From: Callorhinchus milii
Lineage: Eukaryota
Direction: 5' to 3'
NCBI RefSeq assembly: GCF_018977255.1
Contig: NW_024704752.1
Coordinates: 12,958,001-13,022,000, forward strand
Length of the DNA: 64,000 nt
In this document: positions 32,601-43,281 of the stretch, one piece after another
Layout: every line of letters begins with the position of its first letter
Position numbering within the stretch: position 1 is the stretch's first letter
The notes under the pieces: generated by a model
Database searches by the model: none
What the model was told of the DNA's origin: nothing
Seen by the model: the letters and a program-made list of their open reading frames with translations, nothing else
Program-made: the position numbers and the translations under genes

Positions 32601-34262
32601 CACTATTCAAAAGATCCCGCTTATTCAGAACTCTGCCACCTGCATACTTACTCGGACCAAACTCCATACCCACATCTCACCAGTTCTGGCCAAGCTCCAT
32701 TGGCTCCCCATCACCGAACGGTTTGACATCAAAATTCTCTCACTCGTATTCAAATCCCTTCACTCTCTGGCACCTCCCTACCTCTCCGACTTCCTCACTC
32801 CCGAATCCATCACCCAGCGCCTCCGCTCGACCGGCATCAGCCTCCTGTTCGTCCCTCGCACCCTCCATCAGAGATCACTCTTTCATCCACTAGGCCCTGA
32901 AACCCTGGACCACTCTCCCTCAATCCCTCCGCCTCACCCCCCCTCTCCCCTTTTTCAAGTCCCGCCTGAAAACCTTCCTCTTCGACCGTGCTTTTGACCA
33001 CCTCCCACTCCCCCCGGCTTGGAGTCAGGCTCCGCCAACTTTTAAGCGCTCTGAGATGCTACCCTGCATAGAGGGCACTACATAACTGCAAGTTGGTGTT
33101 GTTCTTTTGTCTTGCACCATCAACACCTCGGATCTCATCATCTTCTATCCTTCACCTAAATTTTTCCTTTGTTTTTCTTTCCCCATCCCCTTCTCTGCTT
33201 GTCCTTATAATCGGCTCCCTTCCAACATCCCCCAGTTCTGACGAAAGGTTATCGACCTGAAATGTTAATTAATTTTCCCCTAGCCATAGTTTCTGCCTGA
33301 CCTGCTGGATATTCCCAGTGACTTCTGTTTTTATTTCAGATTTCCAGCATTTGCAGTATTTTGTCAGAAACTACTTCTTTAGCGGGTTAATAGCGGAGGA
33401 TGCTGTTTATAGCAGATTCTGCAGAAAAATTGCAAAAGCACTTTTCTATTGGCCCAGCGTATGAGGAGAAGGAAATAAACCTAAAAAATTTAAATTAATA
33501 AAAAAAATAATAAAAATTGGTAACTCATTCCAAGGCTGTTTGTGAGACATTGCTATGCACAAATTAGTTGCCGCATTTCGCCAACAAAATACATGGCCAA
33601 TCCACTTTACAGTATATCCTGTGAAGGACTTTGAGACGTCTTGATGATGTGATAAGGCATTATATCAAATGCAAGCATTATTATTGTTACTATAAAGAGA
33701 AACAAAACAAGACAAAAATTAAATTGCTTGAATAACAATGCCATAAAATGAACTAAAGGCTCAATAAAAGTATTTTAAAAGATACAGCTGGGCAGAAATT
33801 ACTCTTTCATCTTTTAGGTTCTTGCCAGTAGAAGTCAACTTGTTCTTCAGTTATATTGTGGATGCACTTCGACGTTTACATTCTTGTGTATTGGAGAAAC
33901 TGCCAGAATCTGCCAGTGAACTGCCAACACTGACCTCCATCTTGAAACAGAAAGCCTTGAACCCAACGCTTGAAGCTGTGTGGGTAAATGTGCTTCAGGA
34001 CCAGGGTCTGACGGAAAATGATGTAAAACTTCTGTGTTCATTCTTCGTGACTTACTGCCATGAAGCTCACTATTACCCGGCCATAGAAAGAGAGAATTAC
34101 GTGCAGAACGTCCAAGAGTTAATAAAGAAGATAGTACACAGCCGCGTTTTAAACAAGGTTCTCCTCCATGTTGTGCAGCAGACAGAGAAGAAGAAAACGG
34201 TTAAACTTGTGGATAAGAAAGTCCTTGCAAGAAAGAAATTCAAGGCAACTAAATCAAAATGA
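29691..34262 (+). CDS. SMCO1: Single-pass membrane protein with coiled-coil domains 1 (C3orf43 orthologue)
   Basis: Exons 30928-31077 (LEKKIDDL..EDEMWSSLLEDR) and 33818-34262 (EVNLFFSYIVDALRRLHSCVLEKLP..LPTLTSIL..LCSFF..AHYY) match SMCO1 motifs. First exon tentatively 29691-29785 (phase 2). It lies next to RNF168 in the same orientation, as in human. AATAAA near 34344. Confidence 0.85.
30383..30706 (-). mobile_element. Full-length copy of the same tRNA-SINE, inserted into an L2 fragment
   Basis: Near-identical reverse complement of 15459-15776. The flanks 30140-30380 and 30720-30810 are contiguous L2 RT sequence (HSTETALVKVT.D / DQGSLCLLGLLDFSAAF). Confidence 0.9.
31215..31460 (+). mobile_element. 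Penelope-like element fragment, 5' part (interrupted by L2)
   Basis: Closely similar to the reverse complement of 6800-7035 (aacattgattttaaccacttcagatcttaaacacagctcccatcttctctcagccttgcctcc). Confidence 0.75.
31465..33104 (+). mobile_element. 5'-truncated L2 (CR1/L2 group) LINE with decayed reverse transcriptase
   Basis: LQSGFHPAHSTET.L..VTND, IPQGSILSALLFLIYMLPLG, MYADD.QIY, WMSANFLQLNVNK.EA, SRLDYSN, LHWLPI.ERFD.KIL. Several frameshifts. Ends in a stem-loop tail with (GTT)n. Confidence 0.92.
33105..33363 (+). mobile_element. Penelope-like element fragment, 3' part with hammerhead core
   Basis: Continues the 31215-31460 sequence where the 6524-7030 copy does (ttgtcttgcaccatcaaca...cagttctgacgaaaggttatcgacctgaaatgttaa...tttcagatttccagcatttgcagtattttg). 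Confidence 0.75.
33234..33270 (+). ncRNA. Hammerhead ribozyme-like core inside Penelope fragment
   Basis: AGUU-CUGACGA-A-AGGU(UAUCG)ACCU-GAAA-UGUUA: core and stem II are present, stems I and III are degenerate. Confidence 0.45.
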
Positions 34263-35264
34263 AGGGGATTCAGGGTTCATTTACAGCTCGACTGGGCATT
34301 GACTCCACTTTCCTCATTGTAATGTTATCCTTTCTGATTTATCAATAAATTCTGTTGTTGGATCTTTGTAAAAGACAAGAGGAAGCTGTAAAACAAGTAT
34401 ACCAGTGCCCTTTCTTCTCGGATCCCATTAATAGAATTTGAAAAGTGGACCACAACCACTTACTTAAGTATTAACATAGGTGAACCAAACAAAAACAAAA
34501 TTCCACATGTCATCATTCTAGTTTTGATTTCATGGGGACATTGAAGCTTCCTGGATGAAATGTAGTTTTCTTTCTCTCTAGTGTTGGTGCACATTTTACT
34601 CTTGTGCGTATTTGCTACATGTAGAGATGGCATGCAGGGCACAGACATAATATAAATATATCTGATTTTAACACCAAAAGAAACCACATATCCTGTGGAG
34701 TTTGTGTGTGTAAAAATGTAGTATCAGCCACAATCTCTGCTGTTACTCTCTGCATCGCTGCACATTCTCAAGCACATCTCATCAGGCCCCATTTTGTTTA
34801 GTTTAAGATATCAGAGACAGGAATAGCACCACAGCATCTAATTATAGCGCACACCGTGTAATTGGGGCTTGACCAATTTGGTTTTAATTGACTTGTCCCT
34901 CCTGACAATAGGTATTTGCTGGAGAGGCGAATCCATTAGACTACATTTCCACTGTTGGGGAAAAAAGAGTAAATTTATTTATATAATAAAGTTAAAACTA
35001 TTAAATAACAGTAAAAAAAGAGATAAAAAATAACAGAAAGCAAATGATAAAATAGAAACAAGGGATAATAAGAAAAAACAGGAAAAAAGACAGAATTAAT
35101 GCAATGGTAATAATGATAAATGGAGGTAACAGTATAATAATGTTTTGGGTCATTATTTGCATTTAGTGTTTTAAACAAGTGTGCGATTCGTTAATATTTA
35201 CCCTAATAAAAATGCTTCTAAATCTCAACAGTGTCGTTAGTGTAAAGTTTACTAAAAGTAAAGC

Positions 35265-35735
35265 CCAATAAACAATCCCTCCAAAAAAACCAATGATAAA
35301 TGGGTCGTGTTCGACCCACGGCCGTTTGGGGGGGACGGACCCACGGCTGTTTGGGGGGGACGGACCCACGGCTGTTTGGGGGGACGGACCCACGGCTGTT
35401 TGGGGGGACGGACCCACGGCGGTTTGGGGGGACGGACCCACGGCGGTTTGGGGGGACGGACCCACGGCGGTTTGGGGGGACGGACCCACGGCGGTTTGGG
35501 GGGACGGACCCACGGCTGTTTGGGGGGACGGACCCACGGCTGTTTGGGGGGACGGACCCACGGCGGTTTGGGGGGGACGGTGCCGCGCGCGATCGGCCGC
35601 CGCGTTCCGCCCGCGAGTGTACGGTCAGTTCCCTTCACCGTCCGTTCCGTGAAGCGCTTCGAGACGTCTCGAGGAGACGCGAACAGCTCCGCCTCAAATG
35701 CGAGGATCACTATCACTGTTACTGTTATCATTAAA
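35265..35735 (+). mobile_element. GC-shifted copy of the tRNA-SINE body and tail containing a minisatellite
   Basis: aatccctccaaaaaaaccaatgataaatgggtc.. and ..gatcggccgccgcgttccgcc..gtgaagcgcttcgagacgtctc..tcaaatgcgaggatcactat align to 15577-15776. Confidence 0.75.
35313..35580. repeat. 24-bp G-rich minisatellite, 11 copies
   Basis: Unit GACCCACGGC(T/G)GTTTGGGGGGACG; GACCCACGG starts at 35313, 35338, 35363, 35387, 35411, 35435, 35459, 35483, 35507, 35531, 35555. Confidence 0.95.
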
Positions 35736-35989
35736 GTTAAATCGCTGAGACACCGAAAACGTGAGGTGGAAATGCCCCCAAAACGCCCACAAACACAAAC
35801 ACAAACGGCCCCAAAGAACACAGGGTTCCCCGAGAGCGGTTTACATTCGCGGCCGCTTCCGGTAATCAAAGGTAAGCAGTTTGCGCGTCCGGTCAACTGC
35901 GGTGCAGTCGGCGGTGTTTCGGTTGAATTCGGTTTCCCACCAAAAGAAAACACCACATCCCCAACAAAAACCACCATCGCCTTCTGGGC

Positions 35990-36412
35990 AAAGTGCGCAC
36001 GCGCAGTGGGAGCGGGCAGGGGAGGGGGGCGGTGGGAAGAAGGGGGGGGGGCGGAGTAGGAACGCGCGTGCGCAGTGTGAGCGCGGGGTTGCGTGGGCGC
36101 GCGGGAGAAGGGGCGGGAGTAGGAACGCGCGTGCGCAGTGGGAGCGCGGGGTTGCGTGGGCGCGCGGGAGAGGGGGGGAGTAGGAACGCGCAGGCGCAGC
36201 GCGAGCGCGGGTGGGTGCGCGCGCGGTGTGTGGGGGGGGGGTAGGAACGCGCAGGCGCAGCGCGAGCCCGGGTGGGTGCGCGCGCGGGGAGGGTGTAGGA
36301 ACGCGCAGGCGCAGGACGAGCGCGGGGGGGTGTGTGTGGGGGAGTAGGAACGCGCAGGCGCAGGACAAGCGCGGGGGGTGTGTGTGGGGGGAGTAGGAAC
36401 GCGCAGGCGCAG
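35990..36412. repeat. Degenerate 50-63 bp GC-rich tandem array with NRF1-like motifs
   Basis: Seven copies of GTAGGAACGCGC(GT/AG)GCGCAG at about 36056, 36119, 36180, 36241, 36295, 36343, 36393. Confidence 0.85.
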
Positions 36413-36478
36413 AGGCGACTAACTGGAAAGCGGGAGAGCGTTGTTTGGTGGTGGAGGGGGGGACGGACTCGTCGACAA

Positions 36479-39400
36479 ATGGCGGACGTTCCCCCGAGTC
36501 GAGCCGTTACCATGAGGCGGAGCAGGTCGCGGACCAAACGTAGCGGCCCATCCAGTCCCGCGGCCTCACCGGTCGGGGCTCCGGAGCCGCCGCCCCTCAC
36601 CCGGTCCGAGTGCCTGTGCCCGGTATGTCAGGAGCTGCTGCTGGAGCCCGTGACCCCGCCGTGCGGCCACTCGCTGTGCCTCGACTGCTTCCAGAAGACG
36701 GTGCAGATCAGTAACCTGACCTGCCCGCTCTGCCGCCGCCGCCTCTCCAACTGGGCGCGGCGCCAGGCCCGCTCCGGGGGCCTGGTCAACACCGCGCTGG
36801 GCAAGCGCATCCGAGAGCAGTTCAGGGGCGAGAGTCACGGAGCCGCCGAGGAGTCCAGAGACAGTGAGTAAAGCCCCAGTGACCCCCCCCCCACACACAC
36901 ACACAGAGTGGTCACCCGGCAGCGGGACAGTCACAAGCATCGTCAAGCCCGAGGCCATAATAATAATAATAATAATCCTTAATAATAACAAGTACGGCCT
37001 AATTCTGTCAGGTGTTGTCAAGTGCAGGTCGGTAAGAGCCAAGGCTTGTGGGGTGTACTTTGGGGGTACCGCTGGTTAAAACCAGTTAACAGCTCGTCCA
37101 ACTCGGGCCACTCTATTCCTTTGGAGTTTGGCTTGAAGGGTCAACAGGGGCTGAGTCAGAAGATTCCCTGCCAACCCTCCCAGGGACCGGACTGCCTCTC
37201 CCGGGTCCTGCCCACCTGCCAGGCTGGATCAGTGCACTGGCTCCTCAGGAACCGGGTTATTGAGATGGCCGTTGAGGATTGACTTGCTCTGTGGCCGAGC
37301 ATATCACCTTGGATCTTGCTCAGCTTCAAAGAAATCCCTCTCCCACTTTAACTCGTTCAATGCAATCTTTCAGTAGGATGGATATGTGGATCAGGTGATC
37401 ACTTCATTAAATCTCTTAATAAGGAGCTTCACCCTCGGGGCTAGTGCAATATGCAGAAAACTAAATATTTAAAACGTTGATATAATTTTGTAAGTTGACA
37501 GATCGTGGCCAACAACACATCTAAGCAAACCTGGTGAAGTTCGACAGGAGTATGAAGACCAGATTCTTAAGGTAGGAAGGAATATATTATGCAGATTATG
37601 TACAAGAGACTCGTTCTACATACACAAATAGTTCTATATACATATGCAATTGATAGGATGTGAAATAGCCCTGTTAAGTCTCTATTGTAGAACAATGTAG
37701 ATTTTAATGATAAAATAATATTCTTGAGCTCTTTGCCTTATCATCTCTAACTAAGGTGTTGTTAAGGTTCCTCCATTAGAATGATTACTGCAACCTACCT
37801 GCTAAACCTTTTAGCATAAAAACAGGCCATTAAGCCCAACCAATCCTTGATAGTATTTATATATATATACTATATATATATAGACAATATATGTACAGCA
37901 ATATATGTAATGATTTTATGTAAATAGCTAGCTTGCAGATAGTTTGAAAAGCCAAAGATGATGTAAAACATTGTGGAATAACTTCACAGTTCAAAGCTGA
38001 GCGTGTTGCTCGTGAAGAGGAGGAATTCCGAGCTAGTGAAAACTTAATTCAGAAACTAATGGCCGAGGAGCAGCAGGAAAAAGTGCTTTTGGAACAACGC
38101 AGGAAAGAAGTGGAGGAACAGTTGAAAAAAGATGAAGAACTTGCTAAGAAGTTGAGTGACAAAATGGTAAGCAACTCTCAGGTGAGGAATTTGTGCCTCC
38201 ATGCTTCCAGAGGATGAGCCTAAAGATTTCTTCACATTTTGTTCTGAAAATAACAAGAAGTTACATTTGTATAGCGCCTTTCAAATCAGGAGGATGTTCC
38301 AAAGCCCTAAAAACCTTGGTGGGTTGAGTATAATTGTTTCAAATTGATTAGCATAGCATAATTGTGTGGCTTATCTATCGAGCAACTGATTTAGAAGTAC
38401 TCCGTAAAATACTTTCTGTTTTGAGTTTCTGTTCAGGATGTTGGACTGAGTTTTCCTGTATCCCAGTGTAGAATGCAGGTTGAGATTTGTTGTTTACACT
38501 GTTTTGTTCTAATTTGTTCAAAGAATCTGTAGAAAGGAAGGGGGAACCTCTTAGAGGAATAACAGTTGGGAGGATACAAGAGTATTATTTTGCAATTCAT
38601 TAACAACAACTTGCAGTTAGATAGGGTGCTTCACATGGGTGCATCCCAGAGTGCTTCACAGTGAGAGTGACAACGAGCCAAGGGGATTGGGAGGGGGGAG
38701 GTGACAGTAAGCACGATCAAAAAAAGGTCTTTAAGTGGGATTTGAAGGTGGGGAGGGAGGGGGCAAGACAGAGGGATTGAGGGAGAGAGTCTCGGGGCAT
38801 AATAGCTGACGGCACGGCCACCGATGGTGGAACAGAGGGCTCGAGGGACAAAAAGGAGGCCAGAGCCAGCTGAGCAGAGGGAGTGGGTGGTGGAATGGGG
38901 GATAAGCAGGTTGGATAGCTGGGGAGCTGAGAGGGGATTAAGTGATTTGAAAACGAGTGAGAGGATCCTGAAGTCGATCCGTTCGGCGATTGGGAGGCAG
39001 TGGACCCTGGCAAGGACTGGTGTGATGGGGGTACTGAGTTTCATGAGGGTGAATATCTGGGCGGCGCAGTTTTGAATTAATTGGATTAATTAATTCAATG
39101 TTTTGTATATATAGCCTCATTTTAGGAATGTATCTGTTAATAAATATATATATAATAAATATATAATGTCTCCCATCCACCACCATCCATAAAATCCAAA
39201 TCATCCAAAACTCTGCCGCCCGCATTCTCACCCGCACCAAACTACGTTCCCCGATTACCCCAGTCCTTGCCAGACTGCACTAGCTGCCTATCCCAGAGAG
39301 GATCGATTTCAAGGTCCTCACCCTTGTATTCAAATCCCTCCACTCCCCTGCACCCCCCCTACCTCTCTGACCTCTCTCCTCAAAACAGTACTCGTTGCCT

Positions 39401-42188
39401 TCATTCCTCCAGGTCTGGCCTCTTCCGAGTCCTCCGCTCCACCCTCGGTGGCCGTGCCTTTAGCCACTATGCCCCAAGGCTCTGGAATTCCCTTTCTCAC
39501 TCCCTCTGCCTCGCCCCTCTCTTCCTACTTTCAGGTCCCTACTGAAGACCTTTCTTTTCGACCGTGCCTTTGGTCACCTTCCTCCCCCTCCCCCTGGCTC
39601 GACCCCAGGATTCATTACTGTGAAGCACTCTGATACACCGTCCAGCGTGGAGGGCGATATATAAATCCAAGTTGTTGTTGTAACAATGTAATCTTGTTGT
39701 ATCTGAACTCTTTTTTCTCCTCTTGTGTGTGGCCGTTCATTGGTGAAGATAAAGAGGGATATATTATGTTCTTATATTTCTCACTGCTGCCCTAAATCTC
39801 AATAATGACATGTATGGCCAGAATTGTATACAGTAGAAACTGGTCTTGTAATTTCACATTTCTGTTCTACATTGATTTGTTTTGTATTTCTGTAGAATTC
39901 TGCATCTGTGAGGCCACCAGAACGTACGAATATTGATACAAGTTTGACTGGCTCAAAATCCACCTCCTCAAAAGTCACCAAGGGAAGCAATTCTACTGTG
40001 CACAACTCTGGCCATGTGGGAGATATACATAGGTAAATGCAGGCACACCAAGCTCAGAACCTCAATGCACCTTGATGCAAGGCGTATAGTTTTTTATTTC
40101 TTAAATTCGCAATTCTGAATACCAGAATCGGAATGTTTTCATTTGAGTTGTGATTTTATTTTATTTTTAGATACTTCTCTCCCACAACATATTCTGAATG
40201 TCCAGAGACCAGGAGGCAGAAGAGCAATGCATCTGCTGTCGTAAGTGCTTTTTGAAATAACTAATTTAACATTTTGCATTTTTAAACAGCGAGGCCTCCC
40301 GCCCTATCCTGTGACTGGTCTGGGCGCTCAGCGTGCATGCTCAATAGCATCGCAGAGCCCTCTGGTCAATTGGAGGGTGTCAACCTTGTCCCCTTCCTTC
40401 CGAAGGGCTTACACTTTCGATGCTGAACAACAGGTGTACTCAAAACATAAGAGTATTAACATCAAGGTTTATTACTAAGTATACACAATTGTAAGGATAG
40501 CATCAGGATGACTTCTGCTCTCATCAGATTTGCCTCTTGATTGTTTGCTCTCACATTCTCAGACTGTTCTGCTCCCATCATCTCCCAATGGTTACTGGAA
40601 AAACCTCTTTGTTATATCCTAAACTTCTTTTCTATAGAGCCCTGAGAACCTCATGATTTGATTCCTACGAGGCGCAGTTATCAATGTTGGCTTTTTGCCA
40701 AGGAGCTCTTTATCTTTTTCCTTGAGCTTCCACAATTAAGTCTTTCTACAATCTCTTTCACACAGTCCTCTGGGTGCCTTGTATGAATGTTATGGTCAAC
40801 AAGCATGGCCTTTCTCTGTGCCTATTGTGGTTAACTGTTGCAGTGCCGATACATCTGAGGGAGGGCAGCACCTTGGCCTCCCGCCGTATCCTGTTATGCG
40901 AGTTTTACTCTTATGTTGAAAGAACGACAGCAGCAAAATTAAATTGGAAGATCCTATATTGCTTTGCTGACATTGAAATCCAAAAACATTGTTTTAAACT
41001 AATGCAAATTTAAGGCATTTGAATCATAACTTGTGTATAATTGAGAAAAATTATTTAAGAAATTATCATTTTATAACCTTTTTCCTCCCTTACAGTTTTA
41101 TGTAAGGAAGATAATAACATGTTTTAAGACATTTAGAATGCCCTGTAGATATAATTTCATTTGTTTTTTTCATCCAGAAAACATGTGACGACTTGAACAG
41201 TGTAACTTGGTTTAAAGAGCAAAGTGATGAATACAAATTGCAAAAGTTGCCTCTCCAGTGTTCGTTTCAATGTGAAGATTCTGAAAATACAAATGAGACA
41301 ACAGAGGTTCAAATTAGTGAAATTAAAGAAAGAGTGAGGTTCTCAGAAGATGCACTACTTACAGGAACAAGTATAAATTCCACTACTAGCAATGGTGAAA
41401 ATGGAAGTCTATTGGATTCTGTAAGCACCCCAACTTTAAAAAGTGAAGTTAATAATTACTATGGTTCACAGACTGCAAAGGACAAAACAGTAAGCAATCA
41501 TACAGTTACAGCATTGAAAGAACAGCCTATCCAAGTTGAAGGTATAGAGAATCAAACTTTGAAGCGACCTTCCATTAAATTGAAAGAGGTGTTGAAAAGA
41601 AAAACCTTCAATTCCTCAGAAATACCCGAGGAAACTACGTTCACACCTAAAAAGAAGAGAATCTATCCTTGTTCTGACAACAATGAGTTTAATGAAGATC
41701 TACAAGTTGCTAATGAAATTTCCTACATGGAGCAACATGCAGAGTGGGAGAAAGAAAAGTGTAGACTTGAAGAACAGGACAGAGAATTAGCATTGCAACT
41801 ACAGAGAAAGTTTGATCGGGAGACGACAACTATTAACAGACAGAGAGGATCACCTGATGAATATCAACTACGGGTGAAAAACCCATATCCAATTAATTCT
41901 ATGGGCAGACCTAATCAGCATCAATCTAATAGCTTGAGGAATTCAAACCCAAATTCATCACAATTCGGTAAAAAGCAAAAAAATGCCAAAAATTCAAAAA
42001 ATGTCGCCTCCAGGTTAAGCAGACCAAAAAGGAAACCTCGAGCCACAGCAAGCCAAGTTTCGACTCAAAGGTCCCGACATCAGAAACCACTTAAATGCCT
42101 GGATGGGAATTCTGCAAAATTGGGTCACGTCAATAGACTTAAAAACAAACAACAGACTTTGATTGAAATGATTCAGAAAATGAATTGA
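36479..42188 (+). CDS. RNF168: E3 ubiquitin ligase RNF168
   Basis: Exons 36479-36863, 37495-37571, 37990-38166, 39896-40032, 40171-40240, 41178-42188. RING C3HC4 (CPVC..PCGHSLC..C..CPLCRRRLSNWAR), LSKPGEVRQEYE (LRM1), ASENLIQKLMAEE (UMI), EEQLKKDEELAKKL (MIU1), EEQDRELALQLQ (MIU2), RGSPDEYQLR (LRM2). Confidence 0.95.
38603..39075 (-). mobile_element. L2 LINE 3' fragment (RNF168 intron 3)
   Basis: TPITPVLARVHCLPIAERIDFRIL..STIGGRAVSYYAPRL..FKSHLKT plus tail. Confidence 0.85.
39168..39682 (+). mobile_element. L2 LINE 3' fragment (RNF168 intron 3)
   Basis: IQNSAARILTRT..PITPVLARLH.LP..RIDFK..LGGRAFSHYAPRLWNSL plus (GTT)n tail. Confidence 0.85.
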
Positions 42189-43054
42189 CAGGAATAATCT
42201 ACTCACCGTTTGTATTCAGGCGAGAAAAAACTTGTCAGTGTTCAATACAATACTATATATGTTTGGTTGAGTTTCATTACCAACCTCAATTATTATTCAA
42301 CAACTAACCAGTTCTTGTTTGATTTGAGTTGAAATTCACAGGCATCTATTTTTGAAGCTTTCTTGTCATATATAATTGAAATTTCCACGTGTAAATTTGT
42401 TAAAAGCTCTTTATTTTGCATGCAGAATATTTGGACAAAATGATGTAATGGATAAGACTGGGTGAAATAGACTGAGGTAATTTGTATTCCTTCAACTTGA
42501 GAGGTCAGTATTTCGAGAGTATTTGCGAGGTCAGTATAGCGCCCCCCCCGCATGGCGGGCACTATATAAGTGCAAGTTGTTGTTGCACTAGCAATGAGAA
42601 TGTGCAGAAATAGTCATGATGCATTCATTTCCAGAATTAAATTCAGCTTTAACATATTTGTAGTTTAGCTTAAATTGAAATACAAAGATAAAAACTTTTC
42701 AAAAAAAACTAAATTTTGTGATTTATTGTGGTACAATATTACATTCTGCCTGACAGCATTTTGGGGATTTAATGTAATTATTCATATATATCACTAAAAA
42801 ATTGTACGAGTTAAATGGCAATAAATATCAGTTGCTTTAAGATGTAGTGTTTTTTTTTCTTTGGGTATGTATCAAAAAAAATAATAAGACTGATGGATAG
42901 CAATCTATAATTTGAAATACTGTGCTCTGCTTGCATTCCTTTCCTTTCAACTGAAATCTCATTGATCCACTTTACCAGCACATGATATTGGGCATATAGG
43001 TGTTGAAGTGTCCTGGACTGATTTTATGCAGACCAAACCAAAATAAAATCTTTG

Positions 43055-43281
43055 AATTCCTCAGAAATACCAGTGGAAACTATGTTCACATCTGAAAAGA
43101 GTCCAAAGAAGATCTATAAGTTCCTAATTGAATTTCCTACATGGACGAACTTGTGGAGCGGGAGAAAGAAAAGTGTAGACTGGAAGAACAGGACAGAGCA
43201 ATAGCGTAACTGCTGAGAAGCTTGATTGGGAGATGAAAATTGTTAACCGAATGAGAGGATTACCTGATGAATATTTACTGC
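43055..43281 (+). pseudogene. Degenerate duplicate of part of the RNF168 last exon (MIU2/LRM2 region)
   Basis: Colinear with 41610-41871 (shared aattcctcagaaatacc, tttcctacatgga, gggagaaagaaaagtgtagact.gaagaacaggacagag, gagaggat.acctgatgaatat) but with deletions and stops. Confidence 0.88.

Larger units (their letters stand above)
35300..36900. promoter_or_regulatory. CpG island / RNF168 promoter
   Basis: Very CpG-rich against an AT-rich background, spanning the RNF168 start. ETS-like CCGCTTCCGG near 35854 and many GCGCAGGCGCA motifs. Confidence 0.85.

Noticed and set aside
31504-32997. Active or domesticated reverse transcriptase gene
   Set aside because: 5'-truncated, frameshifted several times and missing part of RT; an ordinary dead L2 copy.
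35313-35580. CRISPR-like regularly spaced repeats
   Set aside because: Head-to-tail units with no unique spacers, in a vertebrate genome with no cas genes.
35163-36600. Long overlapping ORFs on both strands (e.g. VRPPKPPW and GGRTHG repeats)
   Set aside because: By-products of GC-rich tandem repeats in a CpG island lacking stop codons; no evidence of coding function.
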